A stretch of DNA of 64,000 nucleotides from an uncultured Planctomycetota bacterium (GCA_963849325.1 CAWKHF010000005.1:608001-672000), one strand, 5' to 3'. Positions 21,010-32,389 are shown, counted from the stretch's first letter. Notes: a model not told the origin generated them from the sequence alone. Translations and numbers: made by a program.

Positions 21010-22262
21010 TTACTCTCTGTTCTCGATGCGATACAGATGCGTCAACGTGCGGACGAACAGGGCATTGCCGGACACGGCGGGCGAGGCCCGGCAGCCGTCG
21101 TCCAGCTTGTTCGTGGCCAGCTTCTTCCACTGTCGTCCGGCCGCGATCACGTGTCCCCGCCCGTCCTCATCGAAAAAGTACAGTCGGCCGTCGGCGTAGA
21201 TCGGCGACGCCCAGAACATGCCGCCGATGCGCTCCTGCCATACCGACTGGCCCGTCTTCGCTTCGGTGCAGAAGACGATGCCGTCCTTGTTCACCATGTA
21301 GAGCAGATCGTCCACCAGGATCGGCGACGACCGCGACGGCACACTGTTCTTGTTCTTAATCGTCCAATCGATATTCGTCTGGGTGATGTCGCCGCTGCCG
21401 TCCGGCGCACGGCCAGCAGTCGCAGCCCTCCGTCGCCGGTACACAGAAACAGCTTGCCCTGGCCGGACAGCGGCGGCGTCGTCGCGTTCATGCCGCCGTG
21501 ATAGACCTTCCACAACTCCTCGCCCGTCTTCGGGTCGTAAGCGATGGTCGCCATCGCCGCCGGGCTGACCAGCTCCGGTTTGCCGCCGACGGTGACGAGC
21601 GACGGCGTGGCGAACGCTTTCTTGGCGTCGCCGTTGGTCGTCTTGTAGTCGATGTCGCGGTCCTTCTTCCATACGGTTCGGCCCGTCTTCTTGTCCAGGG
21701 CGGCCACGAATTGCACGTCGTAGCCGTCGAATTGCAGAAACAGCAGATCGCCGGAAAGGATTGGCGACGAGGCGGCTCCGCGAAAGTGGTCGCAGTGCAG
21801 GTCGCGCCGCTGCCACAGCGTTTGCCCGGTCTTCGTGTCCAGGCAGGCCGTGCCGTAGGTGCCGAAATGGACGTAGACTCGGCCCTCCTCGACGGCCGGC
21901 GTCGGCGAGGCGAAACTGTTGTAAGACGCCCACAGGCGGCTCGGCTCCTCGACGTCGAAGACCTTGATGTCGTGCAGCACCTTGCCGCTGTTGCGATCGA
22001 CGCAGACGGCGAACAGGCGCGTGCCGTCGGCGCGTGCCGTCGTCATCCACACCTGATCGCCCCACACCACCGGCGACGACCAGCCCTTGTCGTGGATGCG
22101 CGTCTTCCAGACCACGTTCTTGCTCTCGCTCCATTCTAGCGGCAGCTTCGCCGCGTCGGCGCGGCCGTCGCCGTGCGGGCCGCGGAACTGCGGCCAATTC
22201 TCCGCACCGGCGGTGGTGACGAGGAGGGGCAGAAGCAGAAGCGGCATCAAGGAGGTACGCAT
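21010..22262 (-). CDS. PQQ-like (BamB-type) beta-propeller secreted protein; frameshift near 21405
   Basis: ENWPQFRGP, GWSSPVVWG, ASPTP, ASPAVSGNALFVRT. Confidence 0.88.
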
Positions 22263-22351
22263 GGGGAACTCGATTGTTGGGGGCAGATCATCAGGTGGGA
22301 TTGCGGGGCGCCTACGGAGGTTTATAGCAAAGCACACGGCTGGCGTCGCGG

Positions 22352-22896
22352 CTAAACGAGCTGTCGCAGTTCGCCGAACAGCCGAGCGAGATCGGCCGCC
22401 GAATGATGGGCATTCAGTCCGCTGGGATTGGGTAACACCCAGATTTGTGCCTCGCCCAGCTTCTCCGGTTGAAGACCCAGGACGGCGCGCGGCCGCGCGA
22501 ATGCCGTGCGGTAGGCCGTGATTCCCAGGAAGGCGATGAACTGCGGCCGATAGCGTGCGACCTTCCGCTTCAGGATGTCGGCGCCCTGGCGCAGCTCGTC
22601 CTCGGTCAGCTCGTCGGCGCGGTGCTGGCGCGGGCGACGAGGTTGGTGATGCCGTAGCCGCGCGACAGCAGCTCGCGCTCCTCGTAGGGCGACAGCAAGC
22701 GATCGGTGAAGCCGGCCGCGAACAGCGCCGGCCAGAAACGGTTGCCCGGCCGGCCGAAATGATGTCCGATCGCCGCCGTGTACAGGCCGGGGTTGATGCC
22801 GCAGAAGAGGACTTTCAGCTCGGGGGCCATGACGTCAGGGACTGTCTTGCCCTCGGCGGCGGCGATCTCGGCACGAGTGGGTCTGCGCGGCCCCAC
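22352..22896 (-). CDS. mug: G/U mismatch-specific DNA glycosylase; frameshift near 22610
   Basis: VLFCGINPG, HHFGRPGNRFW, GITNLVAR, and downstream WVLPNPSGLNAH. Confidence 0.88.
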
Positions 22897-22966
22897 GAAG
22901 CTCCCCCCGGACGATCAGGGCGTCCCTTCGCGGTAGGTATCGGGCGACCGGCGGCGTCCCTCGTCA

Positions 22967-23578
22967 TCACGACGTTCGAACGCGGTCGGCGCCCTCGACA
23001 GGGGGACGCGCGGCGCGTGGCCGTCGGCCGCGCTCCCAGCGCTCGCGCGCCAGCTCGTCCAATCGATCGCGCTCCTCATCCCATTCGTCCTCGTAAGCCG
23101 CGACGAACAGCTCCGAGACGCTGGTCAGCGTGATGGACGTGTCCGTGATTTCCTTGGGACGGATGGAGGTCGATTGCACCATGACCGCCAGGACGACCCA
23201 GCCGATCATGAGGACCACCCATCCGATGCATACCGCGGCGCTGAGGGAGTCGTTGCCCTTGTTGTTCACGGTGGCGAGGAAGGCGAGGAAGCCTCCCGCC
23301 AGGAGGAACAACAAGCTGCCGATCACCACAAGCTGCCGTATCATCCAGTGGCCCTTGTGCCGATCGCACAGTGGCACCTCGACGCGGCTGCGCTTGGTCA
23401 GAATGAGGGCCACGATGAGGAACGGTATCAGTCCCGCCAGCAGAAGGACGCCAACCCACGGTGGATACCAGGAGAACGTTTTGTCCTTGCGCAGCGTCGC
23501 CGGCGCCCCGCATTTCATGCACAGCTCCGGCAGGTCGCGCACACGCCCGTCGTAGGACTCCAGGCACACGGCGCTCAT
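22967..23578 (-). CDS. Hypothetical membrane protein (CxxC plus TM helices)
   Basis: LPELCMKCG, LCDRHKGHW, three hydrophobic helices. Confidence 0.7.
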   Translation of the reverse strand: MSAVCLESYDGRVRDLPELCMKCGAPATLRKDKTFSWYPPWVGVLLLAGLIPFLIVALILTKRSRVEVPLCDRHKGHWMIRQLVVIGSLLFLLAGGFLAFLATVNNKGNDSLSAAVCIGWVVLMIGWVVLAVMVQSTSIRPKEITDTSITLTSVSELFVAAYEDEWDEERDRLDELARERWERGRRPRAARPPVEGADRVRTS

Positions 23579-23700
23579 GACGTTCTCTCCGCAGAGATTC
23601 TTTCCGTCGGCCACATCGCCGGCGAGGGCGATGCGGCCATGAAGTAGTTCGTTCCCAGCCGACTGGGATTTGTTCCCAGCCGGCCAAGATTGGGTCCGCG

Positions 23701-24126
23701 TCAGTCGGCTTTCTTCTGACGTTTCGCTTCCCAGTCGAACGATCGGCTTTGATCGCCCCGGCCGATCTCCACTTTGCCCTTGATGGTGTCGCCTTTCTGC
23801 TCGCCCTTGTACTTCATGGTGAACTTCTGCCCGCCCTGCTCACGCGTGACCTGGAACGATACCTTGCCGTCCTTGACCTTGCCGTCCTCGATGTCGGTCT
23901 CTCGGCCGCCCGGCCCGGTCACGGTGCCGGTCAGCTTCTCGCCGTCCTGCTTGAGGTTGTAGGTGGACGTGATCGTCCGTCCGTTGCCGGTGGTGAAGCT
24001 CGACTTCCACGTTCCGGTCGCATTGGCCGCGGCCTTTTTCTCCTCCGCCCGCGCCCCGCCGGCCAGCAGGCAGCCTGCCAGGCCGAGCACCAGGACGCCG
24101 AACCCCATCCGTCTCTGTACGTTCAT
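23701..24126 (-). CDS. Secreted hypothetical beta-rich protein
   Basis: Signal peptide ending ARA; TGTWK...LKQDGEKLTGTV. Confidence 0.8.
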   Translation of the reverse strand: MNVQRRMGFGVLVLGLAGCLLAGGARAEEKKAAANATGTWKSSFTTGNGRTITSTYNLKQDGEKLTGTVTGPGGRETDIEDGKVKDGKVSFQVTREQGGQKFTMKYKGEQKGDTIKGKVEIGRGDQSRSFDWEAKRQKKAD

Positions 24127-24256
24127 GACTCACTTCCTTCCTTCGCTTTTTCACGAGTGATCCGGCCTTCTCACCACGCCCTGATTGCACTCGTTCGACA
24201 GTTCGCGGTCAAGGAAAAAGCCCGCAACTTTCGCCTCGGCATCTGGAAAAAACGTC

Positions 24257-24311
24257 GGAGCCGGCAGCGTCAGCGAGGGTTGACTTTCCCTTGCTGACGC
24301 TGCCGGCTCCG
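24257..24311. repeat. REP-like hairpin family E (GCAGCGTCAGCGAG core); relatives near 35911, 40963, 42115, 55597, 60360, half copy at 52216
   Basis: cggagccggcagcgtcagcgaggg...cccttgctgacgctgccggctccg. Confidence 0.75.
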
Positions 24312-24337
24312 ACGTTGGCCCGATTGGGCGAGACGAG

Positions 24338-24967
24338 TCACTCTTCCCGCATGGACTGGTTGAGGATGTCCACCAGTTCCTTGCTGATGTCGATGCCGGC
24401 GACGGAGTAAATCGGCGTCAACGGTCCGCATTGCAGCTTGCGGGCGATGTTCATCGGGCTGTTCCTCTCTTCCGGGGTGACGTGCTCATTGTAGTGCAGG
24501 ACCAATTCGAGGTCGTGGGCCACGGCGTAGCGCTGCGTCGCGTCGGTCACGTCCAGGTACAGCGTCTTCATGGCTTCCTCGGTCTTTTTGCCGACGGTCT
24601 TCTTGGCCTTGACCTGGTTGTCCTCCATCTCGCGCTGCAACGTCTTCAGCTTCTCCTCGGCGTCCTCCGACTTCGCCGGTATCAGGTCGGTGCCTGCCGC
24701 GATGCCCCTGCTCAGCTTTTCGGCCTGGATGCGTAGGTTCTTCTCGCGCTCCTGAAAGGGCCGCATCGCCGTCTTCATCTCTTCCTGATAATGGATGTAC
24801 TTCTGGTAGTGCTTGATAACGTAGGTCAGGTTGACGAGGGCAAGCCGCGTGCGCGGGGCGGCCGGCGAGGCCAGCTTGTGCTTTTCGCCCTCCGCTAGCA
24901 ACCGACCGGCGCCGACCACCACGGCCAAGGCCACGATGAGGCTTCCTACCCACAACAAGGCTCTCAT
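24338..24967 (-). CDS. OmpH/Skp-family periplasmic chaperone
   Basis: Signal peptide, LALVNLTYVIK, long coiled coil, YAVAHDLELVL, DISKELVDILN. Confidence 0.8.
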   Translation of the reverse strand: MRALLWVGSLIVALAVVVGAGRLLAEGEKHKLASPAAPRTRLALVNLTYVIKHYQKYIHYQEEMKTAMRPFQEREKNLRIQAEKLSRGIAAGTDLIPAKSEDAEEKLKTLQREMEDNQVKAKKTVGKKTEEAMKTLYLDVTDATQRYAVAHDLELVLHYNEHVTPEERNSPMNIARKLQCGPLTPIYSVAGIDISKELVDILNQSMREE

Positions 24968-25087
24968 GGTCCTTCTCCTTGGAACAGAGCATCCGCCGAC
25001 GTCAACTCCTTCGACACCCGGGGGTCCGGCGGAAGGGCGGAGTCTACCCGTTTTGCGAGGACAGCGTCAACGCGACGTTCCGAAATT

Positions 25088-25166
25088 AGGGAATAGGGAA
25101 TAGGGAATAGGGACGAGGCTTCTTCTCTCTTCCCTATTCCCTATTCCCTATTCCCTATTCCCTATT
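25088..25166. repeat. Inverted pair of heptamer arrays (TAGGGAA)n/(TTCCCTA)n
   Basis: tagggaatagggaatagggaataggga ... ttccctattccctattccctattccctattcccta. Confidence 0.88.
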
Positions 25167-25171
25167 TCGAG

Positions 25172-25429
25172 TTACCAACTGCCGAGGACTTCCAGGGTGA
25201 GCTGGCCAAGGCTCTGCTCCGAAACGGACACGGCCTCGCCGCAGTCGGTGCAGCGGATCGTGCCGCAGGCGAACAGGGTCGAAAAGATCATATCTTCAAA
25301 CGTCTCTCCATCGCCCAGGGCGTACCAGGGGCCACCCTCGGCCATGCGATCCAGGACGTCGGCGGCCGGCGTCTCGGGCGAGGCCGCGAACGAGCACGAG
25401 CAGCGAGGGCAGTAGAGTTCGACTTGCAT
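25172..25429 (-). CDS. Small hypothetical zinc-ribbon protein
   Basis: MQVELYCPRC...WYALGDGETFED...CTDCG. Confidence 0.7.
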   Translation of the reverse strand: MQVELYCPRCSCSFAASPETPAADVLDRMAEGGPWYALGDGETFEDMIFSTLFACGTIRCTDCGEAVSVSEQSLGQLTLEVLGSW

Positions 25430-25764
25430 GACTCTTCTCCGGAACGGCGTGAGAGTTGTTTCGACGCCGTGAACAATTGCAAGTCGGATACCAAATCCTT
25501 TTTCTGTCAAGACGATTTTTCGGACTCACACGGACGTCCTTGCGAGCATTGATCTTAGGGTTGAAACGTCGTCCGCTTTCTGCGAGGAGCGGCAAACAGA
25601 AGCCCAGCGATGCGCAACTCTTTTACAACTTGGCAGGGAGGAAACTACAAACGGCTTCTCCGAATGGCTGCCGGGCTTGCTTCGCCGCTTCGTTTCGGGG
25701 ATTCTGGGGTGATACGAGAGACTTTACCGTTTGTATCGAGAATGCCTTGGAAAGCAGGAAGATC

Positions 25765-27843
25765 GTGCCCGAGCCGAACCCTCTGAGCGTCAGCCTGGAA
25801 ACTCTGCCGGGCATCTCCCCCGCCCGGCTGGAACGGCTCGACCGGCTCGGCCTGCGAACCGTCGGAGACCTGTTCTTTCATTTCCCACGGACTTACGAGG
25901 ATCTCAACGACGTGCGGCCCATCGCGGCGCTGTCGGAAGGGAGCATCCAGACGGTGCAGGGCGAGGTCGTGGAGATCGACGGCCGTTCGCTGAGCGATGG
26001 CCGAACGGTCGTGAGCGTCGTGCTCAGCGACGACGGCAAAAGCTGCCTGGAAGGAGTGTGGTTCAACCAGGCGTTCGCGGCGCGGCGCTTTCGCTACGGT
26101 CAACGCCTGTCCTTCAGCGGCAAGCCGAAGTGGTATCGCGATCACTGGCAGATGAGCAGCCCGCGCGTCCAGGTCCTCGACGGAGACGGCGGCGAAGGAA
26201 CCGGGCGTCGTGCCGGTCTATCCGCTCACGGAAGACCTGCGTCCCGAGCACCTGCGGCCGCTGATCGGCCGGGCCATCGACCTGTACGCCGCCGCAGTCG
26301 CCGACGTGTTGCCGGCCGCCCTGCGGCGCCGGCACGATTGGCCGGCGTTCGAGCCGGCCCTGCGCGACATCCACTTCCCGCCGTCGCTGGCGACGGCGAC
26401 GCGCGGACGGCGCCGCTTCGTCTACGAGGAGTTCCTCATTCTTCAGCTGGCGCTGGCCGTGCGTCGCCGCGAGGTCCGCGACGAGGGGCGAGCGCCGATG
26501 CTCGCCGTCACAGCCGCCATCGACGAGCGCATTCGCCGTTTATTTCCCTTCCGGCTGACCGCCGACCAGGACCGCGCCGTCGCCGAAATCTGCCGCGACC
26601 TGGCCGCGCGAAAGGCCGATGCAGCGGCTGTTGCAGGCCGACGTCGGCGCGGGCAAGACGGCCGTCGCCGTCTACGCCCTGCTGGTGGCGGTGGCCAACA
26701 AGCATCAGGCCGCCCTCATGGCCCCGACCGAGGTGCTGGCCCGCCAGCACGCCCGCACACTCGATCGCTACCTCGCCCACAGCCGCGTCCGCCGGCTGCT
26801 GCTGACCGGCGGCGCTGACGCCGGCCGAGCGGCGCGACGCCCTGGCCGCGCTGGCCGCCGGCGACATCGATCTCGTGGTCGGCACGCAGGCGCTGGTACA
26901 GGAGGACGTGCAGTTCGCCCGGCTGGGGCTGGTGGTCATCGACGAGCAGCACAAGTTCGGCGTCCATCAGCGGGCCCGCTTCCGCCGGCTGGGCGTCGAT
27001 CCGCATTACCTGGTGATGACGGCCACGCCGATCCCGCGCACGGTTGCCCTGACCGTCTTCGGCGATCTCGACGTGTCGCTCATCCGCGAGTTGCCGCCGG
27101 GCCGGCAGCCGGTGGCGACGCGCTGGGAGCCGGCCGGTCAGCGCGAGCGCGTCTATGCCCGGCTGCGCGAGGGGCTGCAACGCGGCCGGCAGGGTTACGT
27201 CGTCTGTCCGCTGGTCGAGGAGTCGGCCACGCTCGACGTGAAGGCGGCGACACAGACGCACGCGGAATTGCAGGCGGGACCGTTCCGCGATTTCCGCCTC
27301 GGTCTGCTGCACGGCCGGCAGGACGAGGAGACCAAGGCGGAGGTGATGGAGCGCTTCCGCAAGCACGAACTGGACCTGCTGGTGTGTACCTCGGTCATCG
27401 AGGTCGGCGTGGACGTGCCGAACGCAACGCTGCTGGTGATCGAGCATGCGGAGCGTTTCGGCCTGTCGCAGCTGCATCAACTGCGCGGCCGGGTCAGTCG
27501 TGGTCCGATGGCGGGACAATGCTACCTGTTCGCTGAGCCGCCCGGCGATGAGGGGCGGCAGCGTCTGCGCGCGTTTTTGCGGACGACCGACGGCTTCGCG
27601 CTGGCCGAGGAGGACATGCGGCTGCGCGGCGCCGGCGAGTTCTTCGGCACCCGACAGCACGGTCTCGGCGAGTTGCGCTTTGGCGACCTGGTACGCGATG
27701 CCGACCTGTTGACGCTTGCCCGTAAGGATGCTTTCGCTCTTGTCACGGACGATCCGCGCCTACAGCGGCCCGAACACGCCTTGCTCCGCGCCGCTGTTCT
27801 GGAACGCTACGGAAAGACGCTCGATCTGGCGGAGATCGGCTAG
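25765..27843 (+). CDS. recG: ATP-dependent DNA helicase RecG; frameshifts near 26200, 26610 and 26810
   Basis: [69 protein letters not shown]. Confidence 0.93.
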
Positions 27844-27903
27844 GCGGAACTATGGTGAGGCGGTAGCGCGGAATATTCCGTGTGCGTCCTGCTGGAAGAC
27901 CTT

Positions 27904-28329
27904 ATGCCTGTGCTTTATCATGGTACAAGTCGAGCGTTTGCAAATGCGATGGCGGGTACCTCCGCCGGAGGAGGTATGGATGTAACACGGGGCAGGGGAG
28001 AGTTTGGGCGTGGTTTCTATACGCAAAGCTCCAGCGGCAACGCCGCTCGCCGTGCGCAGGCTCTCTACGGCAACAACAGCGCCGTGCTGGTCTTGACCAT
28101 AGACGATCAGGCATATCATGCCTTGACTTTTCGGCGTTTGACGCTGAACATGGCACAGGCGTTAAATGCTCAACTCAGGGGTAGCAATACACAGCATATT
28201 TTTACGACAGTGCACGATGCCTTGGTCGGTCCACTCGTGTATCAGCCGCGAATTGAGCAGCAGAAATTCCAAACGGTGAATGCACAGGTCCTATTAAATG
28301 GACCGCTGACTCAGCGGATGGTGAAGTAA
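27904..28329 (+). CDS. DUF3990-like/ADP-ribosyltransferase-fold protein
   Basis: LYHGTS...EFGRGFYT...EQQKF; lower GC than flanks. Confidence 0.65.
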   Translation: MPVLYHGTSRAFANAMAGTSAGGGMDVTRGRGEFGRGFYTQSSSGNAARRAQALYGNNSAVLVLTIDDQAYHALTFRRLTLNMAQALNAQLRGSNTQHIFTTVHDALVGPLVYQPRIEQQKFQTVNAQVLLNGPLTQRMVK

Positions 28330-28350
28330 AACCGGATTGGAGGGAAGCCA

Positions 28351-28815
28351 ATGGCGTTTGTACATAGCCTGGTGAAGACGAAGCGGAATGGAAAGACCGG
28401 ATGGTGCGCGCCGGTTGAGCTGGGTGACGACGCACCGCATTACATCAGTTTTGTCATTCCCGTGGACGATAAGGGGGATTTCTTCCACGAATATATCTGT
28501 GAGACGATCACAGCGGAGGAAGAGGACAAGAGGATTGAGTCTCATACGTTAGTGCGGCAAGGGAAAGATTCGTTCCTATTGCCTCTTGGTGAGCTTGAGC
28601 TGTGGTTCACTGTCCGCCCCGTCCCAAGAGAGGAGCGTCGTTTGCCTTACATTGGGAAGCCGCAACACGACGACTTCTCCTTCCTATTCACTGAAATCGA
28701 GCCACAAGAGCCAGACAGGCTCGATAGGCTTTACGAGGAGGAGAACACTTTTATAATCGGCTGTGAACCTTTTACCCATTACTCGGGCATTACCAGGTTG
28801 GCGAAAAAGCGGTAA
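28351..28815 (+). CDS. Hypothetical acidic protein, partner of the ART-like gene
   Basis: 154-aa ORF with GGAGG RBS, 21 bp after the upstream stop, same composition. Confidence 0.6.
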   Translation: MAFVHSLVKTKRNGKTGWCAPVELGDDAPHYISFVIPVDDKGDFFHEYICETITAEEEDKRIESHTLVRQGKDSFLLPLGELELWFTVRPVPREERRLPYIGKPQHDDFSFLFTEIEPQEPDRLDRLYEEENTFIIGCEPFTHYSGITRLAKKR

Positions 28816-28911
28816 TATTGGTAATGCAAGGCGAAGGACTGTTTCGCTCGAAGCGAGTCGTGGTCGGAAGCGCGGCCGGCCGTGCTTGACCGATCTTGCG
28901 AGCCTTCCTGG

Positions 28912-31900
28912 CTATTGGCGCGAGCCGTTGTGGGCGTCCGCGTGGCCCGACGCCACCAGGCCGCCGTTGGAGCTGACGGCCACAACGTCAACGACATGGC
29001 CATTGAGTCGGGACGGCAGCGAATCGGCCGCTTTCTTCAGACGCAGATCGTTGAACCACTGAATGACGTAGTAGAACACCGGCGTCAGAAAGATGCCGAA
29101 CAGCGTCACGCCCAACATCCCGGCGAATACGGCCGTGCCCAGCAGGCGCCGCATCTCGGCCCCCGCCCCCTCGGCGATCACCAGCGGTACGACGCCGAGG
29201 ATGAAGGCGAACGACGTCATGATGATCGGCCGCAGACGCAGCTTGCACGCCGCCAGCGTCGAGTGGAAGCGATCGTTGCCGGACTCGCGCTGCGCCTTGG
29301 CGAACTCGACGATGAGGATGGCGTTCTTGCACGCCAGGCCGATCAGCACCACGAAGCCGACCTGCGTGAAGATGTTGATGTCCATGTGCGCCAGCAGTAC
29401 GCCGGCAACCGAACACAGCAGACACATCGGCACGACGAGAATGACGGCCAACGGCAGCGACGTGCTCTCGTACTGGGCGGCCAGCACCAAAAACACCAGC
29501 ACCACCGCCAGCAGAAACACCCACATGGCCGTGTTGCCCGTCTGCAACTGCAACAGGGCCAGCTCCGTCCATTCGTAGCGCATGGCTCGCGGCAGGTCTT
29601 TTTTGGCGACGTCCTCCATCAACTCGATGGCCTGGCCGGAGCTGATGCCGCCTGCCGGCGTGCCATTGATGGCAGCGGACGGATACATGTTGTAACGCAT
29701 GATGAGCACCGGGCCGTTCTCCTGACGCACCTTGAGCAGGGCGGCCAGCGGCACCATGCGGCCGTAGACGTTGGGGACCTTGATTTGCTTGAGGTCGTTG
29801 ATCTGCGTGCGGTAGTCGGCGGCGGCCTGCACGTTCACCTGCCAGGTGCGGCCGAAACGGTTGAAGTCGTTGACGTACAGCGAGCCGAGGTAAATCTGCA
29901 AGGTGTTGAAGACCTCGCTCATGGGGACGCCGTGCGTCTTGGCCTGGGTGCGGTCGATGTCCAGGTACAGCCAGGGCGTATTGGCCCGGAAGCTGGTGTA
30001 CAGGCCTTGCAGTCCCGGCGTGTCCTCGCCATTTTGAATCGTCTTCTCGGCGACGTTTTGCAGCGATTCCAGGCCGGTGTCGCCGCGATCCTCGACGATG
30101 ATCTTGAAGCCGCCGGCCGTGCCCAGGCCGTCGATGGGCGGAGCGCCGAAGACGTTGATCTGGGCGTCCGGGATTTTGTCTTGCAGCACCGTCTGCAAGC
30201 GGGCCGCGATGGCGTCGCCGCTCAGGTCATCCGTCGTCCGCTCGTGGAAGTCCTTGAGCATGACGTACATGGCGCCGAAGTTCGGCGCGTTGGCGTTGAG
30301 AAGGATCGATTGGCCGGCGATGGCGACGGTGTGCTTGACGCCGGGATCGTCCTTGGCGATGTCCTCGATCTGCCGCACCACGTCCTGCGTGCGTTGCGCC
30401 GACGATGAATCGGGCAGTTGGACGTTGACCAGCAAGTAGCCCTTGTCCTGCACGGGAATGAAGCCCTTGGGCGTGCGGATGAAGCCCACGTAGGTCAGGC
30501 CGAGCAGTCCGCCGTAAACCAGGAGCACGATGACGCTGACACGCAGCAACATGCCGACCATGCGCGTGTAGACGTTGGTGGCGACGTCGAACCCCTTGTT
30601 GAAGGCGCGGAACGACCAGCCAAGAATGCGGTTGAGCGGCCCGCCGACGATCCAGCCGGCAACCGCGCCGCCCAGGGCCATCACGCCCACGGCGATTTCC
30701 AGCGATAGCGGCCGCAGAGAAGCCGCATACGGCGCCGGCAGACGTTCCATTCCCTGTCCCAGCCAGTAGTCCAACCACGGCGCCAGATACCAGCCACCGA
30801 CCGCGGCGCCGGCGAGGGCGAAGGCCACGCGCGGCAGCGGCGGCGTGACGCTGCCCTTGGTGCGCGGCCGCAACAGCAGGGCCGTCAACGCCGGGCTGAG
30901 GGTCAGCGAGTTGAACGCGGAGATGAGCGTCGAAACGGCGATGGTCAGGGCGAACTGGCGATAAAACTGTCCGGTGATGCCGCTGATGAAGGCGCACGGC
31001 ACGAAGACGGCGCTGAGCACCAGGCCGACGGCGATGACTGGCCCGGACACCTGCTCCATCGCCTTGATCGTCGCCTCCTTCGGCGCCAGGCCATGTTCGA
31101 TGTGATGCTCCACCGCTTCCACCACCACAATGGCGTCATCAACGACGATGCCGATGGCCAGCACCAGGCCGAACAGCGTGAGGGTATTCAGACTGAAACC
31201 GATGGCGATCATCACGGCGAAGGTGCCGATGATGGCGACGGGTACGGCGACGAGCGGGATGACGGCCGAACGCCAATTCTGCAAAAACAACAGCACCACG
31301 ACGGCGACGAGGATGATGGCGTCGCGCAGCGTGTTGAACACCTCCCGGATCGATTCTTCAATGAACGGCGTGGTGTCGTAGACAATGTCGTAATCGAGTC
31401 CCTCGGGAAAGTTCACCTTCAGCTCCGCCATTTTCTTTTTGACTTCGTTGGACACGTCCAGGGCGTTGGAGCCGGGCAACTGATAGATCGATAATGCCAC
31501 CGACGGCTTGCCGTTGAGCGTGCAGGTCTGATCGTAGCCGAGGGCGCCCAGCTCGATGTCGGCCACGTCGCGCAGGCGCACCAACCGGCCGTCGCCATTG
31601 TCCCGGAGGATGATGTCGGCGAACTGATCGGGATTCATCAGCCGGCCCATCGTGCTCATGGTGTACTGGAAGACCTGGCCGCGCGACACCGGCGGTTGAC
31701 CGATCTGTCCGGCCGCCACCTGCGTGTTCTGCTCCATGATGGCCTGCGTCACCACCGACGCCGACAGGTTGCGCGACGCCATCCGCGACGGGTCGAGCCA
31801 CACGCGCATACTGTAATCGCGCTGACCGAGATAGGAAATGTCGCCAACGCCCGGCAGACGCGACAGCTCGTCCTTGAGCTGGATGGTGGCGTAGTTGCTC

Positions 31901-32364
31901 AGGTACAGGTTGTCGCGGCTGCCGTCCGGCGAGAACAGGTTGACGATCATGAGCACGCTGGGCGACTTCTTCTTGGTGGTGACGCCGCGGCGCTTGACCA
32001 GGTCGGGCAAGATCGGTTGGGCCAGGGCGACGCGGTTCTCGACCAGCACCTGCGCCATGTTCAGATCGACGCCGTGCTTGAACGTCACCGTCAGCGAGTA
32101 GCTGCCGTCGTTGGTACACTGCGACGACATGTACATCATGTTCTCGACGCCGTTGACCTGCTGCTCGATCGGCGCGGCCACCGTGTCGGCGACGACCCGG
32201 GCGTTGGCGCCGGGATAGACGGCGGACACCTCGACGGTCGGCGGCGTGATCTCCGGGTACTGCGCGATGGGCAGCTTGAAGACGGCGATGAGACCGCCCA
32301 GGACGGTGACAATCGACAGCACCGAGGCGGCGATGGGCCGATTGATGAAAAATTTCGAGAACAC
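28912..32364 (-). CDS. RND efflux permease (HAE1/AcrB family)
   Basis: FFINRPI, QYPEITPP, GIVVDDAIVVVE, GLACKNAILIVEF, RLRPIIMTS. Confidence 0.95.
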   Translation of the reverse strand: MFSKFFINRPIAASVLSIVTVLGGLIAVFKLPIAQYPEITPPTVEVSAVYPGANARVVADTVAAPIEQQVNGVENMMYMSSQCTNDGSYSLTVTFKHGVDLNMAQVLVENRVALAQPILPDLVKRRGVTTKKKSPSVLMIVNLFSPDGSRDNLYLSNYATIQLKDELSRLPGVGDISYLGQRDYSMRVWLDPSRMASRNLSASVVTQAIMEQNTQVAAGQIGQPPVSRGQVFQYTMSTMGRLMNPDQFADIILRDNGDGRLVRLRDVADIELGALGYDQTCTLNGKPSVALSIYQLPGSNALDVSNEVKKKMAELKVNFPEGLDYDIVYDTTPFIEESIREVFNTLRDAIILVAVVVLLFLQNWRSAVIPLVAVPVAIIGTFAVMIAIGFSLNTLTLFGLVLAIGIVVDDAIVVVEAVEHHIEHGLAPKEATIKAMEQVSGPVIAVGLVLSAVFVPCAFISGITGQFYRQFALTIAVSTLISAFNSLTLSPALTALLLRPRTKGSVTPPLPRVAFALAGAAVGGWYLAPWLDYWLGQGMERLPAPYAASLRPLSLEIAVGVMALGGAVAGWIVGGPLNRILGWSFRAFNKGFDVATNVYTRMVGMLLRVSVIVLLVYGGLLGLTYVGFIRTPKGFIPVQDKGYLLVNVQLPDSSSAQRTQDVVRQIEDIAKDDPGVKHTVAIAGQSILLNANAPNFGAMYVMLKDFHERTTDDLSGDAIAARLQTVLQDKIPDAQINVFGAPPIDGLGTAGGFKIIVEDRGDTGLESLQNVAEKTIQNGEDTPGLQGLYTSFRANTPWLYLDIDRTQAKTHGVPMSEVFNTLQIYLGSLYVNDFNRFGRTWQVNVQAAADYRTQINDLKQIKVPNVYGRMVPLAALLKVRQENGPVLIMRYNMYPSAAINGTPAGGISSGQAIELMEDVAKKDLPRAMRYEWTELALLQLQTGNTAMWVFLLAVVLVFLVLAAQYESTSLPLAVILVVPMCLLCSVAGVLLAHMDINIFTQVGFVVLIGLACKNAILIVEFAKAQRESGNDRFHSTLAACKLRLRPIIMTSFAFILGVVPLVIAEGAGAEMRRLLGTAVFAGMLGVTLFGIFLTPVFYYVIQWFNDLRLKKAADSLPSRLNGHVVDVVAVSSNGGLVASGHADAHNGSRQ

Positions 32365-32389
32365 AGCACGACCTCACTTCTGCTTCACG

